NCBI GenBank assembly: GCA_023145435.1
Contig: JAGLDS010000004.1
Coordinates: 40,546-104,545 of the forward strand
DNA: 64,000 bases
From: Clostridiales bacterium
GTDB taxonomy: Bacteria > Bacillota > Clostridia > DUPQ01
Direction of reading: 5' to 3'
The notes under the pieces were generated by a model, which searched no databases, was not told where the DNA came from, and was given only the letters and a program-made list of their open reading frames with translations. Shown piece after piece: positions 33,097 through 43,368 of this stretch; the first letter of the stretch is position 1; every line of letters begins with the position of its first letter. Made by a program: the position numbers and the translations under genes.

Positions 33097-34967
33097 TCAC
33101 TTTTGTAATTTACTTCTTAAGTATTTTTCTAGTTCTTTATCGACACAATATATATAGCACCCTTTTTGCCCTCTTGTTAATAGTGTTCTATAAGTGTTTT
33201 TAATAATCTCATCAGCAATAGCTTTCGCTTTATCAGGATCTTTCTTATTAAGACCTTTAATACCTTTTAGTGATTGATCTGTATTTGCTCTTTTCATAAA
33301 ATCTGTTTTTATTTTCTCATTAGAGTATGATAAGTCTTCTCCAATAATAACTCCAACATAATCAAACTCCAAGCCTTGTGATGTGTGAATACAACCAACT
33401 TGATTTACAGAGTTTGGGTCAATTGCATATGTTCCAGTATTACCAAGATTCCAACTCATACAAAAATCAAACTCAGGAATCTCAATATCAAATACATCTT
33501 CTCTATTCTTTCCATCTTTTATCCAGTTCCAACAATATCCTGCTAATATTCTTGATTTATTAGATACTTCATTTTTTTTAATTATTGCATTTCTAAGTTC
33601 ATTTGGATTATCAAATATTTTAAAATCATAATCATCAAAACCATCGTAATTAGCAGTATTCTTAATTTCTAAAATATTATCTATCCATGACAAATATCCA
33701 TCAGATCCATTACATCTGAACTGTGAAGACAACTCCATCTTTTCATATATTGCATGATTTTTATTTGAATATTTTTCAATTTCAGCAACACTACCAATAT
33801 CTTTAATTGAAATTCGCTGACATTCGTCTATAAAAAAGATAGAAAATTTTGAAGAATATATAATTTCTTTGACTTGATTTTCCCCTAAGTTTGAAAATAA
33901 TCCAGATTTTTCGTTTAATCTATGGGCTTCATCAACAATAATAGTATCAAAATAGTTTTTTGGTGTATTTATGTATGAACCTGATCCTTTAAACATATTT
34001 TTAACACTAATGTTTTATGCTTGCCTTTTAATTTTTGAAAATAAACGTTTCTTGGTGCTGCGTTTTTAGAGGTGTATTGGCATACTAATTCTTTTTTAGT
34101 TAGTTCAGTTAATAGGTTTATTGCGAGTACTGATTTACCCGTCCCAGGTCCACCTTCTACAATTAATACTCTTTTTTTATTATCTTTTTGTGATTTTAAT
34201 GCCATTTCTATAGCTTTTTCATAAACAACTTTTTGCTCATCGATCATTACAAACTCAGAATTACCAGCTAGCATACTACTTAGGGAATCTTGCAATGATT
34301 TAGATGGTTTTAATTTACCATTCTCAATTTTATATAATATTTCTTTATTATCACCTTTTTTAATGTGTTTAAGAATAAATTGCTGTAAGAATTTTATTTC
34401 GCCAAATGAATATATAGGAGCTTTTTCTAAATAATACCCATATATACTGCTAAGAAGAGGATCATTTTTCTCTTTCTTTTTATAATTGTGTAAATATGCG
34501 CATGGTAGAAGTTTTATATTTTCTTTTTGAACAATTTCATTAAAATCACTTATTACAGATGCATACGACCATGCCTGATAAGATGGGTGGGTAGTCTCTC
34601 TATTTGATCCACCAATATATGTTTTTACAATCCCATCTTTCCCTTCAACTTTTTCGACCTTTTCCCATTGTTTAAGTTCAATAATTACAGCTGCTCCATT
34701 ATCATTTTCATCTCTTCCAGATATAATAAAATCAACTCTCTTAGACGTGTAAGGAATATTAAATTCAATAGCTATACCTGAATTGTCTGGAATATTACTA
34801 TTTGACATTACTATAAACATATATCTCATAGAATTCTTCCAAGAACGTTCTTCTGATTTAGAAGGGTTACCAAATTTAGGTATATATTTTTCTTTAATTT
34901 TATCAACTATAATATCGTTGATTACACATTCTCCGAAGTCTTTTTTTACTGATTCATAAACTAACAT
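33097..34967 (-). pseudogene. DUF2075-family PD-(D/E)xK nuclease + SF1-like ATPase/helicase gene, split into two ORFs (33969..34967 and 33097..33996) by a frameshift at an A-run
   Basis: The N-terminal ORF carries VDFIISG...VIIELKQW (D...ExK) and Walker A GGPGTGKS. The C-terminal ORF carries TIIVDEAHRL (Walker B/DEAH-like). The frames overlap around 33969-33996, within ttaaaaatatg. Confidence 0.6.
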
Positions 34968-34978
34968 AATACCCCTAA

Positions 34979-35293
34979 TTACAATTTATCGTATTTTTTG
35001 CTATTTCCTTTTGACTTTTCAACTGGATATTTTTTTTCATTTTTTTCAATTTTATTATTAATGATTTCTTCTATATCTAAATCTAATGATTCTGCCATTA
35101 ATATGCAGTATATTAATACATCTGCTAGTTCATCTTTTACTTTTCCCACATCATATGAACCATTCCATTGAAAATTTTCTAATAATTCTCCAGCTTCAAT
35201 TGATATTGATTTTGATAGGTTCTCAGGAGTATGAAATTGCTTCCAATTTCTTTTATTCCTAAACTCAATAATCTTTTTAAAATATTCTTTCAT
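34979..35293 (-). CDS. MazG-like nucleoside triphosphate pyrophosphohydrolase (YpjD-like)
   Basis: 104 aa. EAGELLENFQW...ELADVLIYCILMAESLDLD is the MazG/EEXXE(x)nD-type motif. Confidence 0.7.
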   Translation of the reverse strand: MKEYFKKIIEFRNKRNWKQFHTPENLSKSISIEAGELLENFQWNGSYDVGKVKDELADVLIYCILMAESLDLDIEEIINNKIEKNEKKYPVEKSKGNSKKYDKL

Positions 35294-35736
35294 AATATAA
35301 CCCTCAAATTGTTAAGATTAATCACATACAACAACTATATTTTATCATAGAAAATTTATAAAAAACACTACATTACTTACCTATTATATGAATGATACAG
35401 ATTATATAATTTCTGATATTTTTCTTATGACAGATTATAGTTGATTCTTTCCTTACTCTCCCCCGAATATTTTCATATATTAATTGGTAAAATATTATAT
35501 GCTTTTATACATAAGATACTATTTCCTTCTGTCTTTTCATTATAAATTAAGTTTTAACAGAAAAAACACTTCTCATTAAACATTTTATTTTCTAAATTAG
35601 CTATATACTAACATATATTGGCACTTTAGCACATTGACATAAAATAAAATATTTATGTACTATTAGTAGCATGTTTTATTTAAAAATAGAGTGTATAATA
35701 ATACAATAAATTCAAGTATAGATTGGAAATCAGAAT

Positions 35737-36777
35737 ATGAATAATACTCCCTTGACTAGACAACAAATGAAAGATGTTATAAATGGTGTTTCATCAGCCC
35801 CAAGAATACCCATGATGATCCATTTTTGGACCTATCCAGAAGTTTTTGAAGATAAACAAAATATTGTAGAAGAATTATTAAATAAATACCCTATGGATGC
35901 AAATGTAACAAAAATTAAAATGCCACGTGTTTTCGACGCTCCTGAAGATACACCAAGTTATAGATGGGTTAACTTTGATGATCCAGATAAAGGTAAAAAA
36001 ACAGGTATTGATGAAAAAGGTGCAATTAGTGACTGGAGCATGTGGGAAGATGTACTAAAAGACTTTCCTTCTCCTGAGTATGAAGGTCTATTTTCTGATA
36101 AAAGTCCTGAAGATGGACGTTACCACTTAGGTATGTGGTGGTATTGTCTTTTTGAAAGGCATTGGTCTTTACGAGGTATGACAAATTCATTAATTGATTT
36201 TTATGAAAATCCTAAACAAGTTCATGCACTATACCGTGCATTAACAGATTTTTACTTGAGAGTTATAGAACGTAGCAAAGAAGAATTAAACCTTGATGGT
36301 ATTTTCGTAAGTGATGATATTGGTATGCAAACAGGAGCATTTTTTTCTAAAACCATTTTTGATGAATTTTTTAAACCATATTATAAAGAATTAGTTGATA
36401 AAGCTCACTCTCTTGATATGCATTTTTGGTTACATACTTGTGGTAATGTAGAGTCATTTTTACCATCTTTTATTGAAATTGGTATAGATGTTATTCACCC
36501 AATCCAAAAACATACAATGGTAGAAAAAGAAATATCAAAAAAGTATGGTAGTGATATTTGTATATGGGCAGGTTTTGATGTACAACAAATTATACCTTAT
36601 GGCACTCCTAGTGAAGTTAGAAAAGAAGTTAGGTTTATGATTGATACTTATTACAGAAAAGATGGTCGTTTTATTCTTACAGCTGGGAACGGTATAACTG
36701 AAGACTGTAAAATAGAAAGTTTGGAAGCTCTTTTAGATGAAACATTAAAGTATGGAACAAATAAAATTTCAAAATAG
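35737..36777 (+). CDS. Uroporphyrinogen decarboxylase (URO-D)-family protein (MtaA/CmuA-like methyltransferase-type)
   Basis: 346 aa. The DDIGMQTG...HTCGN core is typical of the URO-D family. Confidence 0.55.
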   Translation: MNNTPLTRQQMKDVINGVSSAPRIPMMIHFWTYPEVFEDKQNIVEELLNKYPMDANVTKIKMPRVFDAPEDTPSYRWVNFDDPDKGKKTGIDEKGAISDWSMWEDVLKDFPSPEYEGLFSDKSPEDGRYHLGMWWYCLFERHWSLRGMTNSLIDFYENPKQVHALYRALTDFYLRVIERSKEELNLDGIFVSDDIGMQTGAFFSKTIFDEFFKPYYKELVDKAHSLDMHFWLHTCGNVESFLPSFIEIGIDVIHPIQKHTMVEKEISKKYGSDICIWAGFDVQQIIPYGTPSEVRKEVRFMIDTYYRKDGRFILTAGNGITEDCKIESLEALLDETLKYGTNKISK

Positions 36778-36802
36778 AGGTATTAATAATTTTTAAAATT
36801 AA

Positions 36803-37948
36803 TTATTTTTTTACAGTAACAATGGTATCACCCACTGTTTTTTTCTCTATTATTTGTATTTTAAAAGCTCTTTTAAACATTTCAATTTGTTTTACTTCAT
36901 AATCAGCTACTAATGTAATAGCAACACCTTTTTTACCTATTCGCCCTGTTCTTCCTACTCTATGAAGATAATCTCGCGATTTTCCTGGTACACCCATATT
37001 AATAATGTGAGTGATGTCTTTAATGTCTAATCCCCTTGCTGCAATGTCTGTTACCACAAGGTATTTTAGTACACCTGATTTAAATTGATCAACAATTTGT
37101 TTTCGCTCGCTTTTCCATTTATTGCCGTGTAATCCTCTTGTTTTAATATGGTGATAGTTTAATCGTTCAACTAAAATGTCCACCTCTTCTCTTCCATTCA
37201 CAAAAATAAGTGCTTTTTTAGGGTTTAAAATCCTAATAACCTTTCTAATTACATCAATCTTATTTCTCTGACTTGACATAAAATAAAGGTGCTCTATGGT
37301 ATCTGGTATTTTACTTTGATCATTTGCTACAATAAAACTAGGATCTTTCATTAATTGAGTAGCATAATCTTTAGCTTCAGCTGTAATTGATGCTGAAACC
37401 ATTAATAATTGTCTATCTTTTTGTGTTGTTTTAATAATAGCTTTAATAGTATCAATATTATGTTTACTAACCAAATTATCAGCTTCATCAATAATAATAG
37501 TTTTAATTGTATGTGATGAGATTTTTTTCATTTTTATTAATTCTAGAATTCTTCCTGGAGATCCAACAATAATATGAGGTTTTTTCTTTAAATTATCGAT
37601 TTGTCTTTTTATATTTACCTTGCCTATAATTGGTAATGAACTAATTATATAATTTGCATTAGTTGCTAATAATTCAATCTGTCTTAATACCTGTATACCA
37701 AGTTCATGAGTAGGTACTAATATAATCGCTTGCATTTCTTTTATACTTTGATCAATTTTTTCAAATAACGGAATTAGATAAGCAAGTGTTTTACCAGTTC
37801 CTGTTTCTGATTGAATAACTAAATCTCTATTTTGTATTTGTAAAGGGATTACTTTTTCTTGAACCTTGGTTAGTTTAGTAATGTCTTGCTTATGTAATCC
37901 TTTGATTATTTGATTACTAATCTTATGGTTTTTTAAAAACTCAATCAT
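36803..37948 (-). CDS. DEAD-box ATP-dependent RNA helicase
   Basis: Motifs Q, GTGKT, DEAD, SAS and HRVGRTGR. Confidence 0.88.
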   Translation of the reverse strand: MIEFLKNHKISNQIIKGLHKQDITKLTKVQEKVIPLQIQNRDLVIQSETGTGKTLAYLIPLFEKIDQSIKEMQAIILVPTHELGIQVLRQIELLATNANYIISSLPIIGKVNIKRQIDNLKKKPHIIVGSPGRILELIKMKKISSHTIKTIIIDEADNLVSKHNIDTIKAIIKTTQKDRQLLMVSASITAEAKDYATQLMKDPSFIVANDQSKIPDTIEHLYFMSSQRNKIDVIRKVIRILNPKKALIFVNGREEVDILVERLNYHHIKTRGLHGNKWKSERKQIVDQFKSGVLKYLVVTDIAARGLDIKDITHIINMGVPGKSRDYLHRVGRTGRIGKKGVAITLVADYEVKQIEMFKRAFKIQIIEKKTVGDTIVTVKK

Positions 37949-39873
37949 TATTTTTCCTCATTTTTCTTTTTTTGATTTTTTATTGCCTTGGCTAGTTCAT
38001 ATAAATACTCCCAGCGTTCCATGGCCTGACTTAATAGCTTATCTAACTTTTCTTTTTTCTCTAGTTTTTTTTGTAATAAAGTAAAGTCACTGACTACCTG
38101 CAACACTTCATTATTTATCTTACTTACTTTTTCCTCTAATGATTCAACTAAATCATCAATTGATTCAAATTCACGTTGTTCGTTAAAAGTAAATTTTAAT
38201 GTTTTATTCTTTTTATTATATTCACTAACATTAGATTTTACTACTTTTTCCTTATTTATACTTTTAGTAATGTTGTTTTCTATCTGTTTTGATTCATAGT
38301 AATCTGAATAGTTTCCTTGAAACTGTTTAATATTTTGATTACCATCAAATATAAAAATCTTTTTCGCTACTCTATCTAAAAAATACCGATCATGGGATAC
38401 AGTAATAACTACTCCACTAAATTCGTTTAAATAATTCTCTAATATGGTTAATGTATGTATGTCTAAATCATTTGTTGGTTCATCTAATAATATTACATTT
38501 GGTGAACTCATTAAGATTCTAAGTAAATATAGTCTACGTTTTTCTCCACCTGAAAGTTTAGAAATTAGCTTCCAATGAGTTTCTGTTGGGAACAAAAAAC
38601 GTTCTAGCATTTTTGAAGCACTTACTAATCCATCATTTGTCTTTAAAAATTCAGCTTGTTCTTTTATATAGTCTATAATCGTTAAATCATGATTCATTTC
38701 ATCATTTTCTTGCATAAAGAATCCAATTTTTATTGTTTCTCCACTGTCTATTATCCCTTTATCTGGAATTACTCTTTTAGCAATTAAATTTAACAATGTT
38801 GATTTACCACTACCATTAGGTCCAATAATACCAATTCTATCAGCCCTATCAAAATTGTAGCTAAATTGATTTATTAATGTAATCCCATGATATCCTTTAT
38901 CAATGTTAATTAATTCAATAATCTTTTTTCCTAATCTTGTGCTACCCACATTAATATTTAAATCATTATTTGAATTATCTAATTTACTTTCTTCTAATAT
39001 ATCAAAACGCTCTATTCGTGCCTTTTGTTTTGTAGTACGTGCTCTAGCTCCTCTTTGCATCCATTCAAGTTCTTTTCTATATAGGCTCTGTCTCTTACGT
39101 TCTGATGCTATTTCATTTTCTTCTCTTTGTGCTTTTAGAGCTAAGTACTGCTCATAATTAGCTTGATAGTTATATAAGCTTCCTTTTTCAATTTCTATAA
39201 TTCTTGTACATATTCGTTGTAAAAAGTAACGATCATGTGTCACCATGAGTAAAGCACCACTACGATTATTTAAATACTTTTCTAACCAATCAATGGTATT
39301 ATTATCCAGTTGATTAGTTGGCTCATCTAATATTAATAAGTCGGTAGGTGCAATTAATGCACTAGCAAGTGCAATTCTTTTTTTCTGACCACCAGACAAA
39401 CTATTTATTTTTAAATCAAAATCAGTTATCCCTAACTTAGTTAATATTGTTTTGACTTCACTTTCTATTGACCAAGCTTTCATATTGTCTATTTTTTGTG
39501 TTAATAAGATTACTTTTTTTTGAAGTGTTTTATCTTCTGGTAATTTATTTAATAAACTAAGCGCTTCTTCATATTTTCTTAAAAGCTTCATAACTTTTGA
39601 ATCACCTTTAAAAATTTGTTCAAGTACTGTACTTTTCCCATTAAGTACCTGATTCTGTGGTAAATACTCGATAGATAACCCATTAGTTTTTATTATTTTT
39701 CCTGTGTTATATGTTTCAACTCCTGCAATGATTTTTAACAGTGTTGATTTACCAGTTCCATTTACACCAATAATCCCTAATTTTTCTCCCTCATCTATTC
39801 CAAGGGATACTTCATTTAAAAGTATTTCTTCACTGTATGATTTTGATATATATAAAGCTGATAATATATTCAA
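37948..39873 (-). CDS. ABC-F family ATPase (two ABC domains, C-terminal coiled coil)
   Basis: Two Walker A motifs (GVNGTGKST, GPNGSGKST), two LSGG signatures, and a Lys/Glu-rich tail. Confidence 0.85.
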   Translation of the reverse strand: MNILSALYISKSYSEEILLNEVSLGIDEGEKLGIIGVNGTGKSTLLKIIAGVETYNTGKIIKTNGLSIEYLPQNQVLNGKSTVLEQIFKGDSKVMKLLRKYEEALSLLNKLPEDKTLQKKVILLTQKIDNMKAWSIESEVKTILTKLGITDFDLKINSLSGGQKKRIALASALIAPTDLLILDEPTNQLDNNTIDWLEKYLNNRSGALLMVTHDRYFLQRICTRIIEIEKGSLYNYQANYEQYLALKAQREENEIASERKRQSLYRKELEWMQRGARARTTKQKARIERFDILEESKLDNSNNDLNINVGSTRLGKKIIELINIDKGYHGITLINQFSYNFDRADRIGIIGPNGSGKSTLLNLIAKRVIPDKGIIDSGETIKIGFFMQENDEMNHDLTIIDYIKEQAEFLKTNDGLVSASKMLERFLFPTETHWKLISKLSGGEKRRLYLLRILMSSPNVILLDEPTNDLDIHTLTILENYLNEFSGVVITVSHDRYFLDRVAKKIFIFDGNQNIKQFQGNYSDYYESKQIENNITKSINKEKVVKSNVSEYNKKNKTLKFTFNEQREFESIDDLVESLEEKVSKINNEVLQVVSDFTLLQKKLEKKEKLDKLLSQAMERWEYLYELAKAIKNQKKKNEEK

Positions 39874-39891
39874 ATATTTCTCCTATTTTCT

Positions 39892-41508
39892 CTAACTATA
39901 CATTTTCTTTCGTAAAATAGTGATATCTTCATTTTCTAAATACTCATCATAAGACATTTGTCTATCAATAATTCCCTTAGGTGTAATTTCAATAATTCTA
40001 TTAGCAACCGTATGTACAAACTTATGATCATGGGATGCAAATAAAAGTGTTCCTTTATATTTTATTAATCCATCATTTAATGCAGTGATTGATTCTAAAT
40101 CAAGATGATTAGTAGGTTCATCTAAAATTAATATATTTGCACCTGATAGCATCATTTTAGATAACATACATCTAACTCTCTCTCCCCCTGATAATACATT
40201 AACTTGTTTTTTTGCATCTTCTCCTGAAAAAAGCATTCGTCCTAACCATCCTCTTATAAAGGTATCATCTTTATCTGTTGAATACTGGCGTAACCAATCA
40301 ATAATACTTTCATTATGTCCATCAAAGTAACTTGAATTATCTTTTGGAAAATATGCCTGTGTTGTTGTAATTCCCCATTTATACGTTCCACTATCAGCAC
40401 TTAATTCACCCATTAGTAGTTTAAACAATGTGGTTTTTATTAAACTATTTGATCCTACAAGTGCTATTTTATCGCCCTTATTGACCATAAAACTAATATT
40501 ATCTAAGATATTAATACCATCAATTTGTTTAGTTATATCACTTATTTCTAAAAGATCATTCCCAATTTCTCTTTCAGGTTTAAAATCAATAAAAGGATAT
40601 TTTCTTGATGAAGGTTTAATATCTTCTAACGTAAGTTTTTCTAATTGTTTTTTTCTAGAAGTCGCTTGTTTAGATTTAGAAGCATTCGCACTAAAACGCT
40701 GAATAAAGGCTTCTAAGTCTTTTCTCTTAGCTTCTGTCTTTTTATTATAATCTTTCATTTGTTGTAATACTAATTGACTTGACTGATACCAGAAATTATA
40801 ATTCCCTGGAAATACCTTTATTTTACTAAAATCAATATCAGCAATATGTGTACACACCTTATTTAAAAAATGTCTATCATGAGATACCACTATAACTGTG
40901 TTCCCAAAATTGAATAAAAAGTTTTCAAGCCATGTAATCGCTGCTACATCTAAATGGTTTGTTGGTTCATCTAGCAGTAGAATTTGTGGATTGCCAAATA
41001 GAGCTTGTGCTAACAGAACACGGATTTTATCATTACTCTCTATTTCTGCCATTTTTTTTTCAAAAATATTTTCTTTAATACCTAAACCATTTAATAAAAT
41101 AATAGCCTGTGATTCAGCTTCCCATCCATCTAACTCAGCAAATTCAGTTTCTAATTCTGAAATTTTAATACCATCAGCTTCTGTAAAATCCTCTTTTTCA
41201 TAAAGGTGTTCTTTTTCTTCAATTATCTCATTAAGTCGCTTATGACCCTTTATCACTGTATTTAACACATTATACTCATCAAATTCATATTGATTCTGAT
41301 TTAAAACTGCTAATCTGTGATTTTTTGCAATAACAACATCACCCTTATTGGCTTCAATCTCACCTGATAAGATTTTTAAAAATGTTGATTTACCAGAACC
41401 ATTTGCCCCTATAAGGCCATAACAGTTTCCTGGGATGAATTTTATATTAACGTTTTCAAATAGTGTTTGCTCACCAAACCTAAGTGAAATTCCGTTGGCT
41501 TTAATCAT
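39892..41508 (-). CDS. ABC-F family ATPase (EttA/YfmM-like)
   Basis: Two ABC domains (GANGSGKST, LSGGERVR) and no TM domain. Confidence 0.85.
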   Translation of the reverse strand: MIKANGISLRFGEQTLFENVNIKFIPGNCYGLIGANGSGKSTFLKILSGEIEANKGDVVIAKNHRLAVLNQNQYEFDEYNVLNTVIKGHKRLNEIIEEKEHLYEKEDFTEADGIKISELETEFAELDGWEAESQAIILLNGLGIKENIFEKKMAEIESNDKIRVLLAQALFGNPQILLLDEPTNHLDVAAITWLENFLFNFGNTVIVVSHDRHFLNKVCTHIADIDFSKIKVFPGNYNFWYQSSQLVLQQMKDYNKKTEAKRKDLEAFIQRFSANASKSKQATSRKKQLEKLTLEDIKPSSRKYPFIDFKPEREIGNDLLEISDITKQIDGINILDNISFMVNKGDKIALVGSNSLIKTTLFKLLMGELSADSGTYKWGITTTQAYFPKDNSSYFDGHNESIIDWLRQYSTDKDDTFIRGWLGRMLFSGEDAKKQVNVLSGGERVRCMLSKMMLSGANILILDEPTNHLDLESITALNDGLIKYKGTLLFASHDHKFVHTVANRIIEITPKGIIDRQMSYDEYLENEDITILRKKMYS

Positions 41509-41649
41509 TTATTTACCATCCTTTTTTTACTTGTCGGCCTATTATAACACTAAGTCAGAAAATTACTAGTTAATCTTGGTTTTTTTATGATTATTTACTT
41601 ATAAATAAATTATTTCTTTTATTTTTTTAATGTAACAGGTGGAACAATT

Positions 41650-42420
41650 TTATTTACTTTGCACAGCTCTGTTCATGATTTGAAAAATTATATTACAAGT
41701 ATCTTCAAATAAAATGTCTTTTGCATAATCAAACTCTTTTTGGTATCTTATCCAAAAATCATGCATCCTTGTACTTTTTTTTATTTTATCCACTATATCT
41801 TTATATTGTGATAGTACAACTAAACTCCCACGTTTTTTAGTTGTTTCATACAGAGCGTTTTGTAATATATTCAAATTAATTTCTAATCTATTCAATGTAT
41901 AAATATTATATATATCATAGAAATCTCTTGGTCGAGTATTAGCAATATTTCGTGACAAGACTGTTTCAAGTTTTTCAGCTAAAATAGTTTCAAGATTATA
42001 TGCTACAATCGCAATTGAATGTTCATCAAAAAGCAATTTAAAATTATACTCAATTTCGTGTGGAGTAATTATATCACCAGTAGTAATATCAACTTTAATT
42101 GGTACCTTAAGTGGTGGATAACTAGCTATTATACTAATACGAATACCCAAATAATCATCTTTTTCTCTAATATCAGTTATATTGACAATAGAAAAAGAAA
42201 CATCATCTTCTATTTCAATTTGACATATTCTTTCAAATATTACTTTTATGGACTCATGTGTAAGTTTAATTCCTTTTATAGTAGCATCAAGATCCATTGT
42301 GGCTCTACTATCAAGCCCAACAATAGAAGCAATAAGAAATCCACCTTTAAGAATAAAGTTTTTTTTGTATTTGGAAACAGAAATCCTCTCTAACAATCTT
42401 TCCATCATGTAGTTTTGCAT
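41650..42420 (-). CDS. abiEii: AbiEii/AbiGii-family nucleotidyltransferase toxin (DUF1814)
   Basis: N-terminus FILKGGFLIASIVGLDSRATMDLDATIKG is the AbiEii NTase signature. Confidence 0.75.
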   Translation of the reverse strand: MQNYMMERLLERISVSKYKKNFILKGGFLIASIVGLDSRATMDLDATIKGIKLTHESIKVIFERICQIEIEDDVSFSIVNITDIREKDDYLGIRISIIASYPPLKVPIKVDITTGDIITPHEIEYNFKLLFDEHSIAIVAYNLETILAEKLETVLSRNIANTRPRDFYDIYNIYTLNRLEINLNILQNALYETTKKRGSLVVLSQYKDIVDKIKKSTRMHDFWIRYQKEFDYAKDILFEDTCNIIFQIMNRAVQSK

Positions 42421-42496
42421 AACAAGTTGAGCAGATATATTTTTTTCAGAGGCTTTTTCTTAATAAATGATTTTAATTGCATCGGATTTTTTGTAA

Positions 42497-43093
42497 TCAT
42501 AGAAGTATCTCCATATATGTGAGAATTTTAGGTTTTACACGAAGTTTTTCTGCATAATTCAAAATTTTCGCAATATCCTTATCCTTGCTTCTTGCGTAGA
42601 TTTTCATAGCCTGATTCACAATTTGTATATCAGCATTATGTTTAACCTTAACAATATCACAAAGGGTACGTTCAACATCGTATACTCTAATAAAATTCCC
42701 ACTAGGAGACAGAATTTTTACAACACCTAAATTATAATTTTCTAGGGTAGTAAGCTTGGCTATTACACTTTTTTTTCTGACATTACCTGTATTGTAACCG
42801 TTTGGAAAAGTCATAGTATATTTAATAGGTGTACGATCTGTAATATCATGCAAATATAAAGCCGTTTCATGGGAAAATATTCCCTTTGAAAAGCGGTATT
42901 GTAAAAAGTATAACTCATCTTCCCACACCTCTGGCAAGACATATATACCACGGTCACTCCTATATACAGCTCCTTCTTCCTCCATTTTACTTAGATAGTG
43001 TCTTGGTATCCCTGCCTTAGTAACTTGAGTTGCAGTAATAAAGCCTTTATTTTCTTTTATGATTTTCTGAATTATCTTAATATTTTTAGTCAT
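42497..43093 (-). CDS. abiEi: AbiEi antitoxin / transcriptional regulator (type IV TA)
   Basis: N-terminal AbiEi_4-like wHTH (KGFITATQVTKAGIPRHYLSKMEEEGAVYRSDRGIYVL). Positioned immediately upstream of abiEii. Confidence 0.7.
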   Translation of the reverse strand: MTKNIKIIQKIIKENKGFITATQVTKAGIPRHYLSKMEEEGAVYRSDRGIYVLPEVWEDELYFLQYRFSKGIFSHETALYLHDITDRTPIKYTMTFPNGYNTGNVRKKSVIAKLTTLENYNLGVVKILSPSGNFIRVYDVERTLCDIVKVKHNADIQIVNQAMKIYARSKDKDIAKILNYAEKLRVKPKILTYMEILL

Positions 43094-43278
43094 ATTTGCA
43101 CCACCTTGCTTTATGTACGTTTGTGCTATTAACTATATCATATAGCAGCATTTTTGTACATTTTATTTTGTTTAATCATTACTTGCTTTTTATAGATTTC
43201 TCATCCGGTATATGTACAATTCAATTCATGTTGCACATCTCTTATCTATCTGATTTTTAGTATCTGTTGTTTCTTTTG

Positions 43279-43315
43279 TAACTGTAACACGATAAAGTTT
43301 ATCGTGTTACAGTTA
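43279..43315. promoter_or_regulatory. Perfect 18-bp inverted repeat (37-bp palindrome), candidate operator
   Basis: TAACTGTAACACGATAAA-g-TTTATCGTGTTACAGTTA. No flanking U-run, so it is not a classical terminator. Confidence 0.5.
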
Positions 43316-43368
43316 ATGCATTATGCTTTCTTAATAATATCAAGAAGCAAATTTAAAAATACCTAATT

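Noticed and set aside
35294-35736. Long 443-bp leader upstream of the URO-D-family gene, considered as a possible cobalamin or other riboswitch
   Set aside because: No B12-box (GCCACTG) or other conserved riboswitch core was recognisable, and the region is extremely AT-rich. It more likely holds divergent promoters for the MazG-like and URO-D genes.
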